From Patescibacteria group bacterium (lineage in GTDB: Bacteria > Patescibacteriota > Microgenomatia > 0-14-0-10-38-17): a stretch of DNA of 64,000 bases. The stretch is taken from NCBI GenBank assembly GCA_050953885.1, contig JBMNNJ010000001.1, positions 527,437 to 591,436 of the forward strand, in the 5' to 3' direction. Below, piece by piece: positions 19,086 to 28,084 of the stretch. The notes beneath the pieces were generated by a model, which did not search any database, had not been told where the DNA came from, and saw only the letters and a list, made by a program, of their open reading frames with translations. The position numbers and the translations under genes are program-made. Positions within the stretch are counted from its first letter, which is position 1. Each line of letters begins with the position of its first letter.

Positions 19086-19763
19086 ATGAAAATAAACCGC
19101 AATTTAGCGATCTTAATCGTCTTTTTAGCTTTCCTGGCTACCCTGTTTTTGGGGCGGCAAATATTTTTTCCTCCCGGGGAAAAACTTCAGGTGGTAAATA
19201 CCACCCCCTTACCGGGTCAAAATAACATTCCCTTAAATCAAGAAATTGTTTTGGAATTTAATCAGGCAGTTAACCCCCAAGATCTCGTTTTTTCTTTTTT
19301 TCCCGAATTTCTTTTTGAAATTAAAAGCGAAAACCAAAAAATTATTATCAAACCTAAAGAAAGCCTTCTTCCTAAAAGCCAATATCGTCTGGAACTTAAA
19401 GATAAAAGCGATCATTCTCTTTTTTCTTTAGTTTTTGAAACCACCGGGGAAGAAATTGTCCCTTCTCCCTCTCTTTCTCTTTCGCCCCCACTAGAAGCAA
19501 CTACCGAAGGCAAGGGCGATCTTAATGCTCTTAAAGAAATGACTAAAGAACTTTATCAAAATTATCCTCTTTATGACTATACTCCCTACCGTACTCCCAC
19601 TTGGGTAACCGATTATTTAGAACCAAAAAAACTAATTATCATTTATAAAAAAGGAGAAAGTCTGCCAAGTATTCAGGAAGAAGTTTTTGCTTGGATACGA
19701 GAAAATAAAGTGGATCCTAAAACCCATCTTTATGTTTGGGAGGAAAGAGAAACCTTGCCTTAA
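19086..19763 (+). CDS. Membrane-anchored Ig-like (Big_5-type) domain protein
   Basis: N-terminal TM, then VVNTTPLPGQNNIPLNQEIVLEFNQAV. Confidence 0.7.
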   Translation: MKINRNLAILIVFLAFLATLFLGRQIFFPPGEKLQVVNTTPLPGQNNIPLNQEIVLEFNQAVNPQDLVFSFFPEFLFEIKSENQKIIIKPKESLLPKSQYRLELKDKSDHSLFSLVFETTGEEIVPSPSLSLSPPLEATTEGKGDLNALKEMTKELYQNYPLYDYTPYRTPTWVTDYLEPKKLIIIYKKGESLPSIQEEVFAWIRENKVDPKTHLYVWEERETLP

Positions 19764-19765
19764 TT

Positions 19766-20872
19766 TTACTCCTCTTCTTGAAGTCTTACCGGCATAATCA
19801 CATGAGAAAAAGTGTTACCCTTGGGAAAGTAAAAAAGAGCCGGCGATAAAGAGTCGTTTAATTCCATTACCAACCGTTCTTCTTCTCCGGCTTCAACCAA
19901 ATCCAGTAAAAAACGAAAATTAAAGGCAATTTTTTGCTTTGGGCCGGCCGCTTGCGCTTCCAGCCGGCTTTTGGTTTCCCCCACCTGCGGCGAATTGGCA
20001 CTAATCACCAGCTCGTTTTCGCCAATATCAAGCTTAACAATATTAGCCGATTCGCGGGCAAAAATGGCCGCCATTTTTATGGCCCGCCGAAAATCTTCTT
20101 TTTCTAAAACTACTTTTGTTTTCCCCTCTTTAGGAATTACCTCCTCCACATTAGGAAAACTGCCTTCCAAAAGCCTTGAGGAAAGCTCAATGTTGGGAAG
20201 AAAAAAAACCGCCTGTTTTTCCTTATCGGAAAGACCCATTTCTATCTCTTCTTTTTCAATTTTAATCCGCCCCACTTCCGCCAAGGCGTTCGCCGGCACA
20301 ATAAATGTTTGCTCCTCCAAAGAAGAGGTTAGGCTGATTTTTTTTAAAGAAAGCCGATAGCCGTCGGTGGCGGCCAACTGACATTCTTTTCCTTTAATTT
20401 TAAATTGAATCCCGCCCAAAACCGGCCGGCTTTCATCGCTGGTGGCGGCAAAAACAGTTTCTTTAATTGCCTCATTTAAAACCGCTGTTTTAAAACTTAT
20501 TTTTGAAGAAGAAACGGTAGAGATCTGGGGAAATTCTTCCGCCGGCATCACCGGAAAAAGCGCCTGAAAACCGCCGCAGGCGGCCTCCAAACCTTCTTTT
20601 TTTAAAAAAAGATCAACTTTTCCCGCCGGCAGGGAATTAACAAATTCTAAAAAAGGGCGGGCCAAAACCGTGGTTCTCCCCTCCTCCTCAATTTTAGCCC
20701 CCAAAAAATAATTAATGCCCATTTCTAAATTGGTGGCGGAAATTTTTAGCCGGTTTTTTTCGGTTGCCAAAAGAATATTTCCTAAAACCGGCAATGTTGG
20801 TCGGCTGGGAAGAAAATGGGAAACCGTGGTGAGGGCAGAATTTAAATTTTCCTGAAGAAGAGTAAGCTTCAT
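19766..20872 (-). CDS. dnaN: DNA polymerase III beta clamp
   Basis: MKLTLLQENL, SRPVLGG, ATDGYRLS, FPNVEEVIP, HVIMPVR; start moved to 20872. Confidence 0.97.
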   Translation of the reverse strand: MKLTLLQENLNSALTTVSHFLPSRPTLPVLGNILLATEKNRLKISATNLEMGINYFLGAKIEEEGRTTVLARPFLEFVNSLPAGKVDLFLKKEGLEAACGGFQALFPVMPAEEFPQISTVSSSKISFKTAVLNEAIKETVFAATSDESRPVLGGIQFKIKGKECQLAATDGYRLSLKKISLTSSLEEQTFIVPANALAEVGRIKIEKEEIEMGLSDKEKQAVFFLPNIELSSRLLEGSFPNVEEVIPKEGKTKVVLEKEDFRRAIKMAAIFARESANIVKLDIGENELVISANSPQVGETKSRLEAQAAGPKQKIAFNFRFLLDLVEAGEEERLVMELNDSLSPALFYFPKGNTFSHVIMPVRLQEEE

Positions 20873-20884
20873 AATTAGATTGTT

Positions 20885-21270
20885 AGAATACACGAATTAA
20901 AACGAATGAGAAACGAATGGACACGAAAAAAAATGGCTGGCGCAAAAATAATTCAAAATGCAAAAGTCAAAATTCAAAATTGCAAGTCAAAAGTTAAAAG
21001 TTTTTTCGCTTTACTTTTTAATTTTATCCACCGACTGGCGGACAGAATCATTCTTGTAGCTGTCATTCCTGAATTAAATTCAGGACAGGCTCTGACGAAA
21101 GTCAGGATCGGCCTTAAAGCTTGACGCTTGAAACGCTTGAGGCTTGAATCGCTTTAATCGTTTAATGTTTTTACGTTTCAAACGTCTCCTGTATTTCAAG
21201 CATTTCACGCATGATTCTGAATCAAGTTCAGAATAACAATAAGGGTTAATCCGCAACAATTTAATCGTTT
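20885..21270. repeat. Composite repeat element upstream of dnaN
   Basis: ACGAAT decamer run, TCAAAA heptamer arms, GC palindrome variant at 21026, TGTCATTCCTGAA...TCAGGA REP-like hairpins, GCTTGA octamer run. Confidence 0.75.
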
Positions 21271-21282
21271 AACAATATAACA

Positions 21283-21550
21283 GTTATTATTATATCTTTA
21301 TAGTATTAGTTTTAGTAGGCAATGTCAATAAGTGGATTTAGACTGAAATTAACCATGATGTTAATGTTGGTTAATTAAATTTAGCGATTTTCCCCGTCTT
21401 TTTCTTTTTCATACCTTGTATTTTCTTTTCAGTTTTGGGTTTTTTTAGTGAGAAAAAACAAGGATAAAAAAGAATTTTTTGTGGAAAAAAATAAATAGTT
21501 TGTGGAAAACTAAATTTTTAGTTTTCCACAATTTAATAACATAATAACAA
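21283..21550. other. Replication origin oriC
   Basis: dnaA-dnaN intergenic; TTTTCCACA boxes at 21480, 21501 and 21522; minus-strand tandem boxes-GCC-TAC TAA AAC TAA TAC TAT trios at 21297-21339; plus strand looks C-rich to the left and G-rich to the right. Confidence 0.85.
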
Positions 21551-21552
21551 AT

Positions 21553-22884
21553 TTAAATATTCAACTCCTTTCTTATTTTCACCACCCGATGACGGACGGT
21601 TTCATTGGTGGTAAATTCCTGATTAATTTTTTCAATCGCATGGATAACGGTGCTGTGGTCGCGGTTTCCCAAAAGCTCGCCAATTTTCATTAGCGGCAAA
21701 TTTAGGTCTTTTCTTAAAAGATACATGGCAATATGGCGGGCATTGACTAATTCTTTTTGGCGGCTTTTCCCGCAAAGGTCGCGGATTTTAAAAGAAAATT
21801 CCTTGGCGGTTTGGGAAAGCACTTTGCGGGGGGTAATTTTTTGGACCGTTTTTTGGGCTCGGCCGTAAAACTTACTGGCAAAATCCAAGGTCAGGGCTGT
21901 ATTTTCCGCCAGAGCGCGGGTTTTAAGTTGTAAAAGAGCGCCTTCAAGTTCACGGGCATTGCTTTCAATGGTTTGGGCTAAAAAGGAAAGCACTTCTTCG
22001 GGAACAGTAAAGCCCTTTTCCCCGGCCTTTTGCTTTAAAATTGCCAAGCGCATTTCATAGTCCGGAGACTGGATGTCAACGGTGAGGCCGCCCATGAAAC
22101 GGGAGGTAAGACGGTTTTCTAAGGGTTGGATTTCCTCGGGGCGGCGGTCGGAGGTTAAAACCACCTGCCGGCCAGCCAGATAAAGGAAATTAAAGGTATG
22201 GAAAAATTCCTCTTGGGAATATTCTTTGCCGGCAATAAATTGGACATCATCAATAAGTAAAACATCCACTTGGCGATATTTTTTTTTGAAATTGGTGATG
22301 GTTTTACTCTGGAGGGCGGCGACTAATTCGTTGGTAAAAGTTTCCGCGGTTGCGTAGAGGATGTTTAAGTCGGGATGTTTTTCGGCAATGGCATTGCCAA
22401 TGGCCTGAACTAAATGGGTTTTGCCCACTCCCACTCCTCCCCAGACAAAAAAGGGGTTATAGGCCTGGCCCGGGTTTTCCACGATCGCTTGGGCGGCGGC
22501 ATGGGCAAAATTATTGGAAGAGCCAACCACAAAGGAAGAAAAATTATAATAAGGAAGCAGGCCGGTTTTTGGGTTAAAACCTTCTTTTCTTTCTTTTTTT
22601 TCAAAAAGTGGCCCCATTTTTTCCGGTGTTTTTTTGGGCCGCTGGTTAATGGTAAAAACAAGACTGTTTTTTTCTCCGGTTTGGCGATCTAAGATTTCTT
22701 TAATTAAAGAATAATAGCGGCCCTCTACCAGTTCCTGAAGATAGGCGCTGGGACAACCGATGGTGGCAACATTATTTTCAAGCGATAAAAGTTGGATGGA
22801 GGAAAGAAGGGCCTGATAATTGGTTTTGGAAACGGCAATTTTCAACTCTTCCTGGACGTTTTCCCAAAGGGCGTTTTGATTCAT
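21553..22884 (-). CDS. dnaA: Chromosomal replication initiator DnaA
   Basis: YNPFFVWGGVGVGKTHL, LLIDDVQF, QEEFFHTFN, NARELEGAL, RDHSTVIHA. Confidence 0.99.
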   Translation of the reverse strand: MNQNALWENVQEELKIAVSKTNYQALLSSIQLLSLENNVATIGCPSAYLQELVEGRYYSLIKEILDRQTGEKNSLVFTINQRPKKTPEKMGPLFEKKERKEGFNPKTGLLPYYNFSSFVVGSSNNFAHAAAQAIVENPGQAYNPFFVWGGVGVGKTHLVQAIGNAIAEKHPDLNILYATAETFTNELVAALQSKTITNFKKKYRQVDVLLIDDVQFIAGKEYSQEEFFHTFNFLYLAGRQVVLTSDRRPEEIQPLENRLTSRFMGGLTVDIQSPDYEMRLAILKQKAGEKGFTVPEEVLSFLAQTIESNARELEGALLQLKTRALAENTALTLDFASKFYGRAQKTVQKITPRKVLSQTAKEFSFKIRDLCGKSRQKELVNARHIAMYLLRKDLNLPLMKIGELLGNRDHSTVIHAIEKINQEFTTNETVRHRVVKIRKELNI

Positions 22885-22929
22885 TTTTTCCAAAATAGGC
22901 AGGAGGCTTAAGAAGGCAGGACTCTTTTA

Positions 22930-22958
22930 ATAATAGCGAAGTTTTCCACAATTTGCAA
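22930..22958 (-). promoter_or_regulatory. dnaA promoter with DnaA box in spacer (autoregulation)
   Basis: TTGCAA-17 nt-TATTAT on minus strand; TTTTCCACA at 22942-22950. Confidence 0.75.
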
Positions 22959-23006
22959 GGGGCGGATCTATGTATCCGTCCGTTTTGATTTACAAACCCC
23001 AAAGAA

Positions 23007-23336
23007 TTATAACAGCTCTATTCCTAAAATTATTTCCAAAATTTGGACAATCCAGTAGCTTAGGAAAATAATTAAAAAACCAATTAAAGCATTGGTTATT
23101 TGCCCCTGGGCTTTTTTGGCCGCCTCCTCGTTGCCGGCGGCGGTAAGATAGCCGAAGCCGCCGATTAAAAGATAAATAAAGGTGGCGATGCCGGCCAAGG
23201 GGAAGATATAGATAAGCAGGCGGGAAACAATATCACCGATATTTTGCCATTGGGAAATGGGGGCGTTAGAAGGAATGCCGGAAATTTGAGAATAGTTAGG
23301 GATAGTGACGGCAGCAAGGTTTTGGACGAGTTTCAT
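23007..23336 (-). CDS. VirB2/TrbC-like pilin 7
   Basis: GGFGYLTAAGNEEAAKKAQGQITNALIGFLIIFLSYWIV. Confidence 0.85.
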   Translation of the reverse strand: MKLVQNLAAVTIPNYSQISGIPSNAPISQWQNIGDIVSRLLIYIFPLAGIATFIYLLIGGFGYLTAAGNEEAAKKAQGQITNALIGFLIIFLSYWIVQILEIILGIELL

Positions 23337-23344
23337 AAGAAAAA

Positions 23345-23645
23345 ATTGTTAAAATACGCGAATGAAAACGAATAAAATTCAAAACGCAAAATTAAAAATC
23401 AGTAATCCGTAATATGCAACAAAAAAAGCGCAAAAAGCAAAGTGCAAAGATTAGAACCTAAATTAAAATTCAAAGATATTTTTAATTCTTGGCTTTGGTC
23501 TTTGAGCTTGGTTTTGCATTTTACTCTTTGCACTTTAATCTTGTTTTCTCACGAGTTACTAACTTTTTACTTTTTACATTTTCATTTTGATTTTATCCGC
23601 CAGCTGGAAGATTCGTCAGAATGACGAATCGCCTTGCGCATTACG
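23345..23645. repeat. Nested inverted-repeat element (reverse copy of the 11455 type)
   Basis: AGTAATCCGTAATATG, GATTAGAACCTAAATT and ACGAGTTACTAACTTTTTAC match reverse complements in 11455-11687 and 13336-13798. Confidence 0.82.
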
Positions 23646-23691
23646 AACCGCATACATTATACCTAATATTAGATATAAAATACAACCTTGC

Positions 23692-24615
23692 CTACTCCAG
23701 CCCCGGCAGGCCCAAAATGTCAACGCCAATTAGCCGTAGGAGAAACAAAGAAAGGATGATAAAAATCAGGCCGGTAACGGCAGAGGTGATCGTTTCTTTA
23801 GCGCCTTGAATTTTTTGGGGATTGCCGGAGGAGGTCATTAGCTGGAAGCCGGAAAAAACGATCAGTCCAAAAGCGGCCAAGCCACCAAAGCCCAAAAGAT
23901 ATGGAAAAAGCCATTTCACCAAATCTATTGGGTCGGTGGGGATACAACCCAAGGCGGTTTGAACTCCCTTCCCCGAACCACAGGTTATGTTAGTTGTTCC
24001 CCTTGCGATTTCTTCTATTGCTTCTTCACCACCGCAAAACCACGCATCTCTGCTCCCTTTTATCTTAGATTTTTCACAAGGGCAACCTGTTGGACATGGC
24101 CGGCCGCCGCTTTTTGAGCAAGGCATACCGCATTCTAATTTCGTAGGGGAATCTTGCTCTTCAATTGAAAACGATATCTTTGTAATTAAGCCGTCGGAGG
24201 GGCAAGAATGCTCTCCGGTACTCTCAATCTCACACTCCAAAAGCTTAGCTTCATAATTGCCCGCCTCAAGGTAACGAGCCATTTTCATCTCCTGTGGCTG
24301 CAACGTTGCATTTTCGCTCCAGTGGAAGGATTCATAGTCTATCTCTTCCCCACCTTTATATATCTTTATAAAATATAGCCAATTACCAAAAGTGTCTTCG
24401 TTACAATTACTAACAGTTATTGTAACTTTATCCCCTTCGATTTGGTATCCCATGTCGCATGATAATTGGAGGGGTATGTTGTCTTGGCTAAAGACAGTCG
24501 AAAGATCAAGGCAGAAAAATAAAAAAAACCAAAAAATAACAACGCCACGCTTGATAAGGTTTTTAGGTATTAGTTTTAGAAGGGGTTTCATAGGCTGTTT
24601 AATTATTCTCATCAT
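23692..24615 (-). CDS. Pilin-domain protein with Cys-rich extracellular N-terminal extension
   Basis: Signal-like N-terminus, Cys-rich region, TALGCIP, C-terminal GFQLMTSSGNPQKIQGAKETITSAVTGL pilin domain. Confidence 0.78.
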   Translation of the reverse strand: MMRIIKQPMKPLLKLIPKNLIKRGVVIFWFFLFFCLDLSTVFSQDNIPLQLSCDMGYQIEGDKVTITVSNCNEDTFGNWLYFIKIYKGGEEIDYESFHWSENATLQPQEMKMARYLEAGNYEAKLLECEIESTGEHSCPSDGLITKISFSIEEQDSPTKLECGMPCSKSGGRPCPTGCPCEKSKIKGSRDAWFCGGEEAIEEIARGTTNITCGSGKGVQTALGCIPTDPIDLVKWLFPYLLGFGGLAAFGLIVFSGFQLMTSSGNPQKIQGAKETITSAVTGLIFIILSLFLLRLIGVDILGLPGLE

Positions 24616-24649
24616 AGCAAAAAAGGGGAAATTTTGGTAGGATTAAGAT

Positions 24650-25045
24650 AGTCAAAAATCACAAGATCACAAGATCATAAAATCACAAGAGCATGAAATC
24701 ATGAAATCAAAAGAGCAAAAGAACAAAAGGCAACTGCTAAAATTATTGGCGCGGATTGAATAATCCATAATGGGTAATAAAAATCGCAAAGCGCAAATAT
24801 CAAAAATTAGAACCTAAATCAAAGTTCAAAAACAAAAGATAAACTCAAACCTCAAAACTCAAAACTCAAATCTACAACGCAAAACTTAAAACTTGAAAGA
24901 CAAAAACAGAATTACAATTTAGAAATACAAATATTAAGCCCTAAAGTTTTTTAGTTTTAAGTTTTAACATGTAGTTTTGCCATTTGCGTTTTGAGATTTG
25001 AGTTTATTTTTCGTGTCCATTCGTTTCTTATTCGCGCATTTTAGC
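24650..25045. repeat. Nested repeat element with octamer run and 90 bp core (copy 2)
   Basis: CAAGATCA-type octamers at 24660-24725; core at 24897-24980. Confidence 0.85.
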
Positions 25046-25063
25046 TATTTATCTTACCACAAA

Positions 25064-26764
25064 ATGCCTAAAAAGCTGATTATTGTTGTCGTTCTTTTTG
25101 CCGCTCTTTTTTATTTTACCTCTTTTTCCCTTATTTTTGGGCAGACAAACGAGGAAATTGAAAAAGAGTTGGCCCAAATTGCCGAGGCCCTGCGGCTTTT
25201 GGAAATTGCCGAAAAACCCTTAAAAGAAGAGCTTTCTCAACTGCGGGTAAAATTGACGGATATTGAGAGGAGAATTAATAATGTTTCCTTAAGTATTGAC
25301 CGCCTTGAGGAAAGCATTAAAGAGCGAAGCCAAGATTTGGCCTATCAAAAAATGCTTTTTAACCAAAGAGTGAGAAACCAATATATCAAACAGCGCTCCT
25401 CTTCCTCTCCTCTTTTGCTTTTCTTAGCCACCGACGAGGCTATTGATTTAACCCAAGAAGTTTGGGCTAATCGGATGGTAGCCCGCCGCGATCAGGAAGA
25501 ATTGATTGAAATTGCCCAAAACCTTCTTGCTTTGCAAAAAGACAAGGAATTTTTAGAAAAAGAAAAAGTTAATTTGGCGGCGGTAAAAAAAACCTTTGCC
25601 TCGCGGGCTCAATTTTTGGAAGGAGAAATTAAAGGGGCGGAAAGTTATCGGGCCCAGCTTAACGCCCGCCAAAAAGAATTAATCGCCAAAAAGCTGGCCA
25701 GCCTTAATTTGCCCACCAGCTTAGGCGCCGGCCCCCTTTATTGTGTGGACGACAGGACCATTGACCCGGGTTTTCGGCCCGCCTTTGCCTTTTTTACCTT
25801 TGGCATTCCCCATCGGGTGGGGATGAATCAATATGGGGCGTTGGGTCGGGCCAAGGCGGGGCAAAACTATCACCAAATATTAGAAAGCTACTTTGCCGGC
25901 ATTAGTTTTGAGAAAATGGATCCAAATATGAGAATTAAGGTTCAGGGTTATGGAGAGATGGCCTTGGACGATTATCTTTTGGGAATTTACGAGATGCCCG
26001 GCAGTTGGCCAATTGAGGCCTTGAAGGCTCAGGTGGTGGCGGCGCGTTCCTATGCCCTCTCTTATACCGATAATGGCGCTAAGGAGATTTGCACCACTCA
26101 GGCTTGTCAAGTTTACAAAGGCGGCAATAAAGGGGGCGATTGGGAGAAGGCGGTGCGGGAAACTGCCGGCGAGGTGATGGTTTCGGGTGGGCAGGTGATT
26201 ACCGCCTGGTATGCTTCAACTGCCGGCGGCTACACTTATCGTTCTTCGGATGTGGGTTGGCAGGACCGGCCCTGGACTAAGAGGATGCAGGATACCACCG
26301 GCGCGGCTAATGGCTTTGGGGAGTTAATGGAGAAAGCCTATGACAAAGAATCACCTTGTTTTTACGCCGCCCAAGGCTGGCGAGCGCAGTACAATAAGTC
26401 GGCTTGGCTTAAAGCAGAAGAGGTGGCGGATATTGTTAACGCCATTCTTTTGGCTAAAGCCGACAGCGGTAGCCAAGACCATCTTTATCAACCCGACAAA
26501 CCCCATCCTTATGGCGGGGAAGTTTGGGATCAGGAGCGGGTAAAAAGCGAACTTCGTCAAAAAGGGATCACTCCTTTTAACCGGATTGATAACGCCTCGG
26601 TTAACGGGGTTGATTGGGGGGTAGGAAAAACCACCTCGATTAGTTTTTCCGGTGATGGCGGGAGCGTTTCTTTTTCCGGTGATGAGTTTAAAGATTATTT
26701 TAATCTGCGCGCGCCGGCCAATATCCAAATTGTCGGCCCGCTTTTTAATGTGGAGAAAAAATAG
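25064..26764 (+). CDS. SpoIID/LytB domain protein with N-terminal coiled coil
   Basis: HRVGMNQYGA, EMPGSWPIEALKAQVVAARSYA, ICTTQACQVY; start moved to MPKKLII. Confidence 0.9.
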   Translation: MPKKLIIVVVLFAALFYFTSFSLIFGQTNEEIEKELAQIAEALRLLEIAEKPLKEELSQLRVKLTDIERRINNVSLSIDRLEESIKERSQDLAYQKMLFNQRVRNQYIKQRSSSSPLLLFLATDEAIDLTQEVWANRMVARRDQEELIEIAQNLLALQKDKEFLEKEKVNLAAVKKTFASRAQFLEGEIKGAESYRAQLNARQKELIAKKLASLNLPTSLGAGPLYCVDDRTIDPGFRPAFAFFTFGIPHRVGMNQYGALGRAKAGQNYHQILESYFAGISFEKMDPNMRIKVQGYGEMALDDYLLGIYEMPGSWPIEALKAQVVAARSYALSYTDNGAKEICTTQACQVYKGGNKGGDWEKAVRETAGEVMVSGGQVITAWYASTAGGYTYRSSDVGWQDRPWTKRMQDTTGAANGFGELMEKAYDKESPCFYAAQGWRAQYNKSAWLKAEEVADIVNAILLAKADSGSQDHLYQPDKPHPYGGEVWDQERVKSELRQKGITPFNRIDNASVNGVDWGVGKTTSISFSGDGGSVSFSGDEFKDYFNLRAPANIQIVGPLFNVEKK

Positions 26765-26774
26765 AGTATAATAT

Positions 26775-26960
26775 AGTCAAAAGTCAAAAATACACGAATT
26801 AAAACGAATTAGAAACGAATGAACACGAATGAGCGAATAATGTCATCCTGATGAAAATCAGGATCTGTCTTAATACTTACCAAAAACAGATTCTGTCCAC
26901 CAGCTGGCGGATTAACTTTTAATTTTTAAATTTTAGTTATAAGGATTAAGGAATAATTAT
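26775..26960. repeat. Composite repeat element in 5' region of bPH-domain gene
   Basis: ACGAAT decamers, TGTCATCCTGATGAAAATCAGGATCT hairpin, GTCCACCAGCTGGCGGAT. Confidence 0.75.
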
Positions 26961-26989
26961 AATTCTTATCAAAGATACCGTTAATCTTT

Positions 26990-27652
26990 ATGCCCGATCT
27001 TTATACCGCCTCGCCAAACACAAAAGTAGAAGCGCCCCAAAAAGAGGAAGAAAAAAAGCCAACAGCCAAAGTTCGTGTTTCCCCTTTCAAGAAAATTGTC
27101 AGCCAAAATCTTTCTCCAAAATGGGGGTTGGCCGTTAACCCTAAAAAGATTAAATTTGCCAGTCAGGAAAAGGATGAAGAAGTTTTGCTTTTAATCCGCC
27201 GCCACCCGATTACCAATTTACCTTGGGCGCTTGCTTTGGTTTTAATGATTTTTGCCCTGCCGGCCGCTTTTCATTTTCAGTGGCTGGCGCCTCTTCCTTC
27301 CAACTTTCAAATGGTGGTTGCCTTTGCTTGGCTGGCGCTGGCGTTGGCAATTTTTTGGGGCGGGTTTTTAAGCTGGTTTTTTAATGTTAATATTGTTTCC
27401 AGCAGAAGGGTAATTGATATTGATTTTTATAATCTTATTTATCGGGAGGTAACTGATGCGGAGGTGGAGAAAATTCAGGATGTCACCCATAAAATGGGCG
27501 GAATTTTTGGGTTAGTTTTCAATTATGGCGACGTGGTGATTCAAACCGCTGGCACCAAGCCGGAGATTGAGTTTTTAAAAGTTCCTCGGCCGGCGCAAAT
27601 CGCCGCGGTTTTACGCCAGATTAGAGAGGAAGCAGAGAAGGAGATAGGGTAA
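26990..27652 (+). CDS. Membrane protein with bacterial PH domain
   Basis: EEVLLLIRRHP, two TM helices, RRVIDID...IQDVT...FNYGDVVIQTAG. Confidence 0.82.
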   Translation: MPDLYTASPNTKVEAPQKEEEKKPTAKVRVSPFKKIVSQNLSPKWGLAVNPKKIKFASQEKDEEVLLLIRRHPITNLPWALALVLMIFALPAAFHFQWLAPLPSNFQMVVAFAWLALALAIFWGGFLSWFFNVNIVSSRRVIDIDFYNLIYREVTDAEVEKIQDVTHKMGGIFGLVFNYGDVVIQTAGTKPEIEFLKVPRPAQIAAVLRQIREEAEKEIG

Positions 27653-27654
27653 AG

Positions 27655-27785
27655 GCACTAAGATATTAAGAGACACGATAAAAAAATTCAAAATTTAAAA
27701 TTCAAAAGTCAAAAGTGCAAGTTAAAATTCAAAAGCAAAGCAAAAAAATTTTTAACTTTTAACTTGCAATTTTAAATTTATCAGA
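27655..27785. repeat. Short heptamer inverted-repeat element
   Basis: ACTAAGATATTAAGAGACACGATAAA start shared with 2110 and 29865; TTCAAAA arm and TTTTAAC arm. Confidence 0.75.
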
Positions 27786-27790
27786 TTTCT

Positions 27791-28030
27791 ATGGATAACC
27801 CCCAAAATTTGCTTAAATTATTTCAGGACTTTTCTCTTTGGTCGGTTTGGCGTGTTTTTCTTTTGGTCTATTTTTTAGGCTATTTAATTTTTAATCTTAT
27901 TTTAGGACGGCAAATCACCTTAATGAGTCAGCTTTTTGAGACAAACTTGAAAGGCTTGCTTAAAATTTTTAACTGGTTGCTTTTTGGTTTGGGGGTTTTG
28001 GGTTTTTTAATGGCTTTAACTTTGGGGTAA
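27791..28030 (+). CDS. Small two-TM membrane protein (DUF5657-like)
   Basis: YLIFNLILGRQITLMSQ motif between two hydrophobic helices. Confidence 0.6.
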   Translation: MDNPQNLLKLFQDFSLWSVWRVFLLVYFLGYLIFNLILGRQITLMSQLFETNLKGLLKIFNWLLFGLGVLGFLMALTLG

Positions 28031-28084
28031 AAAGCGCCGGAGCGCGAGTTTTGGAAAAAAGAGGTGTTTATGATATGCTTTTAA

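Noticed and set aside
20906-21124. Short ORFs inside repeat elements (also 23442-23624, 32508-32732, 30654-30851)
   Set aside because: They are low-complexity translations of heptamer repeats (QNAKVKIQN) with no independent coding evidence.
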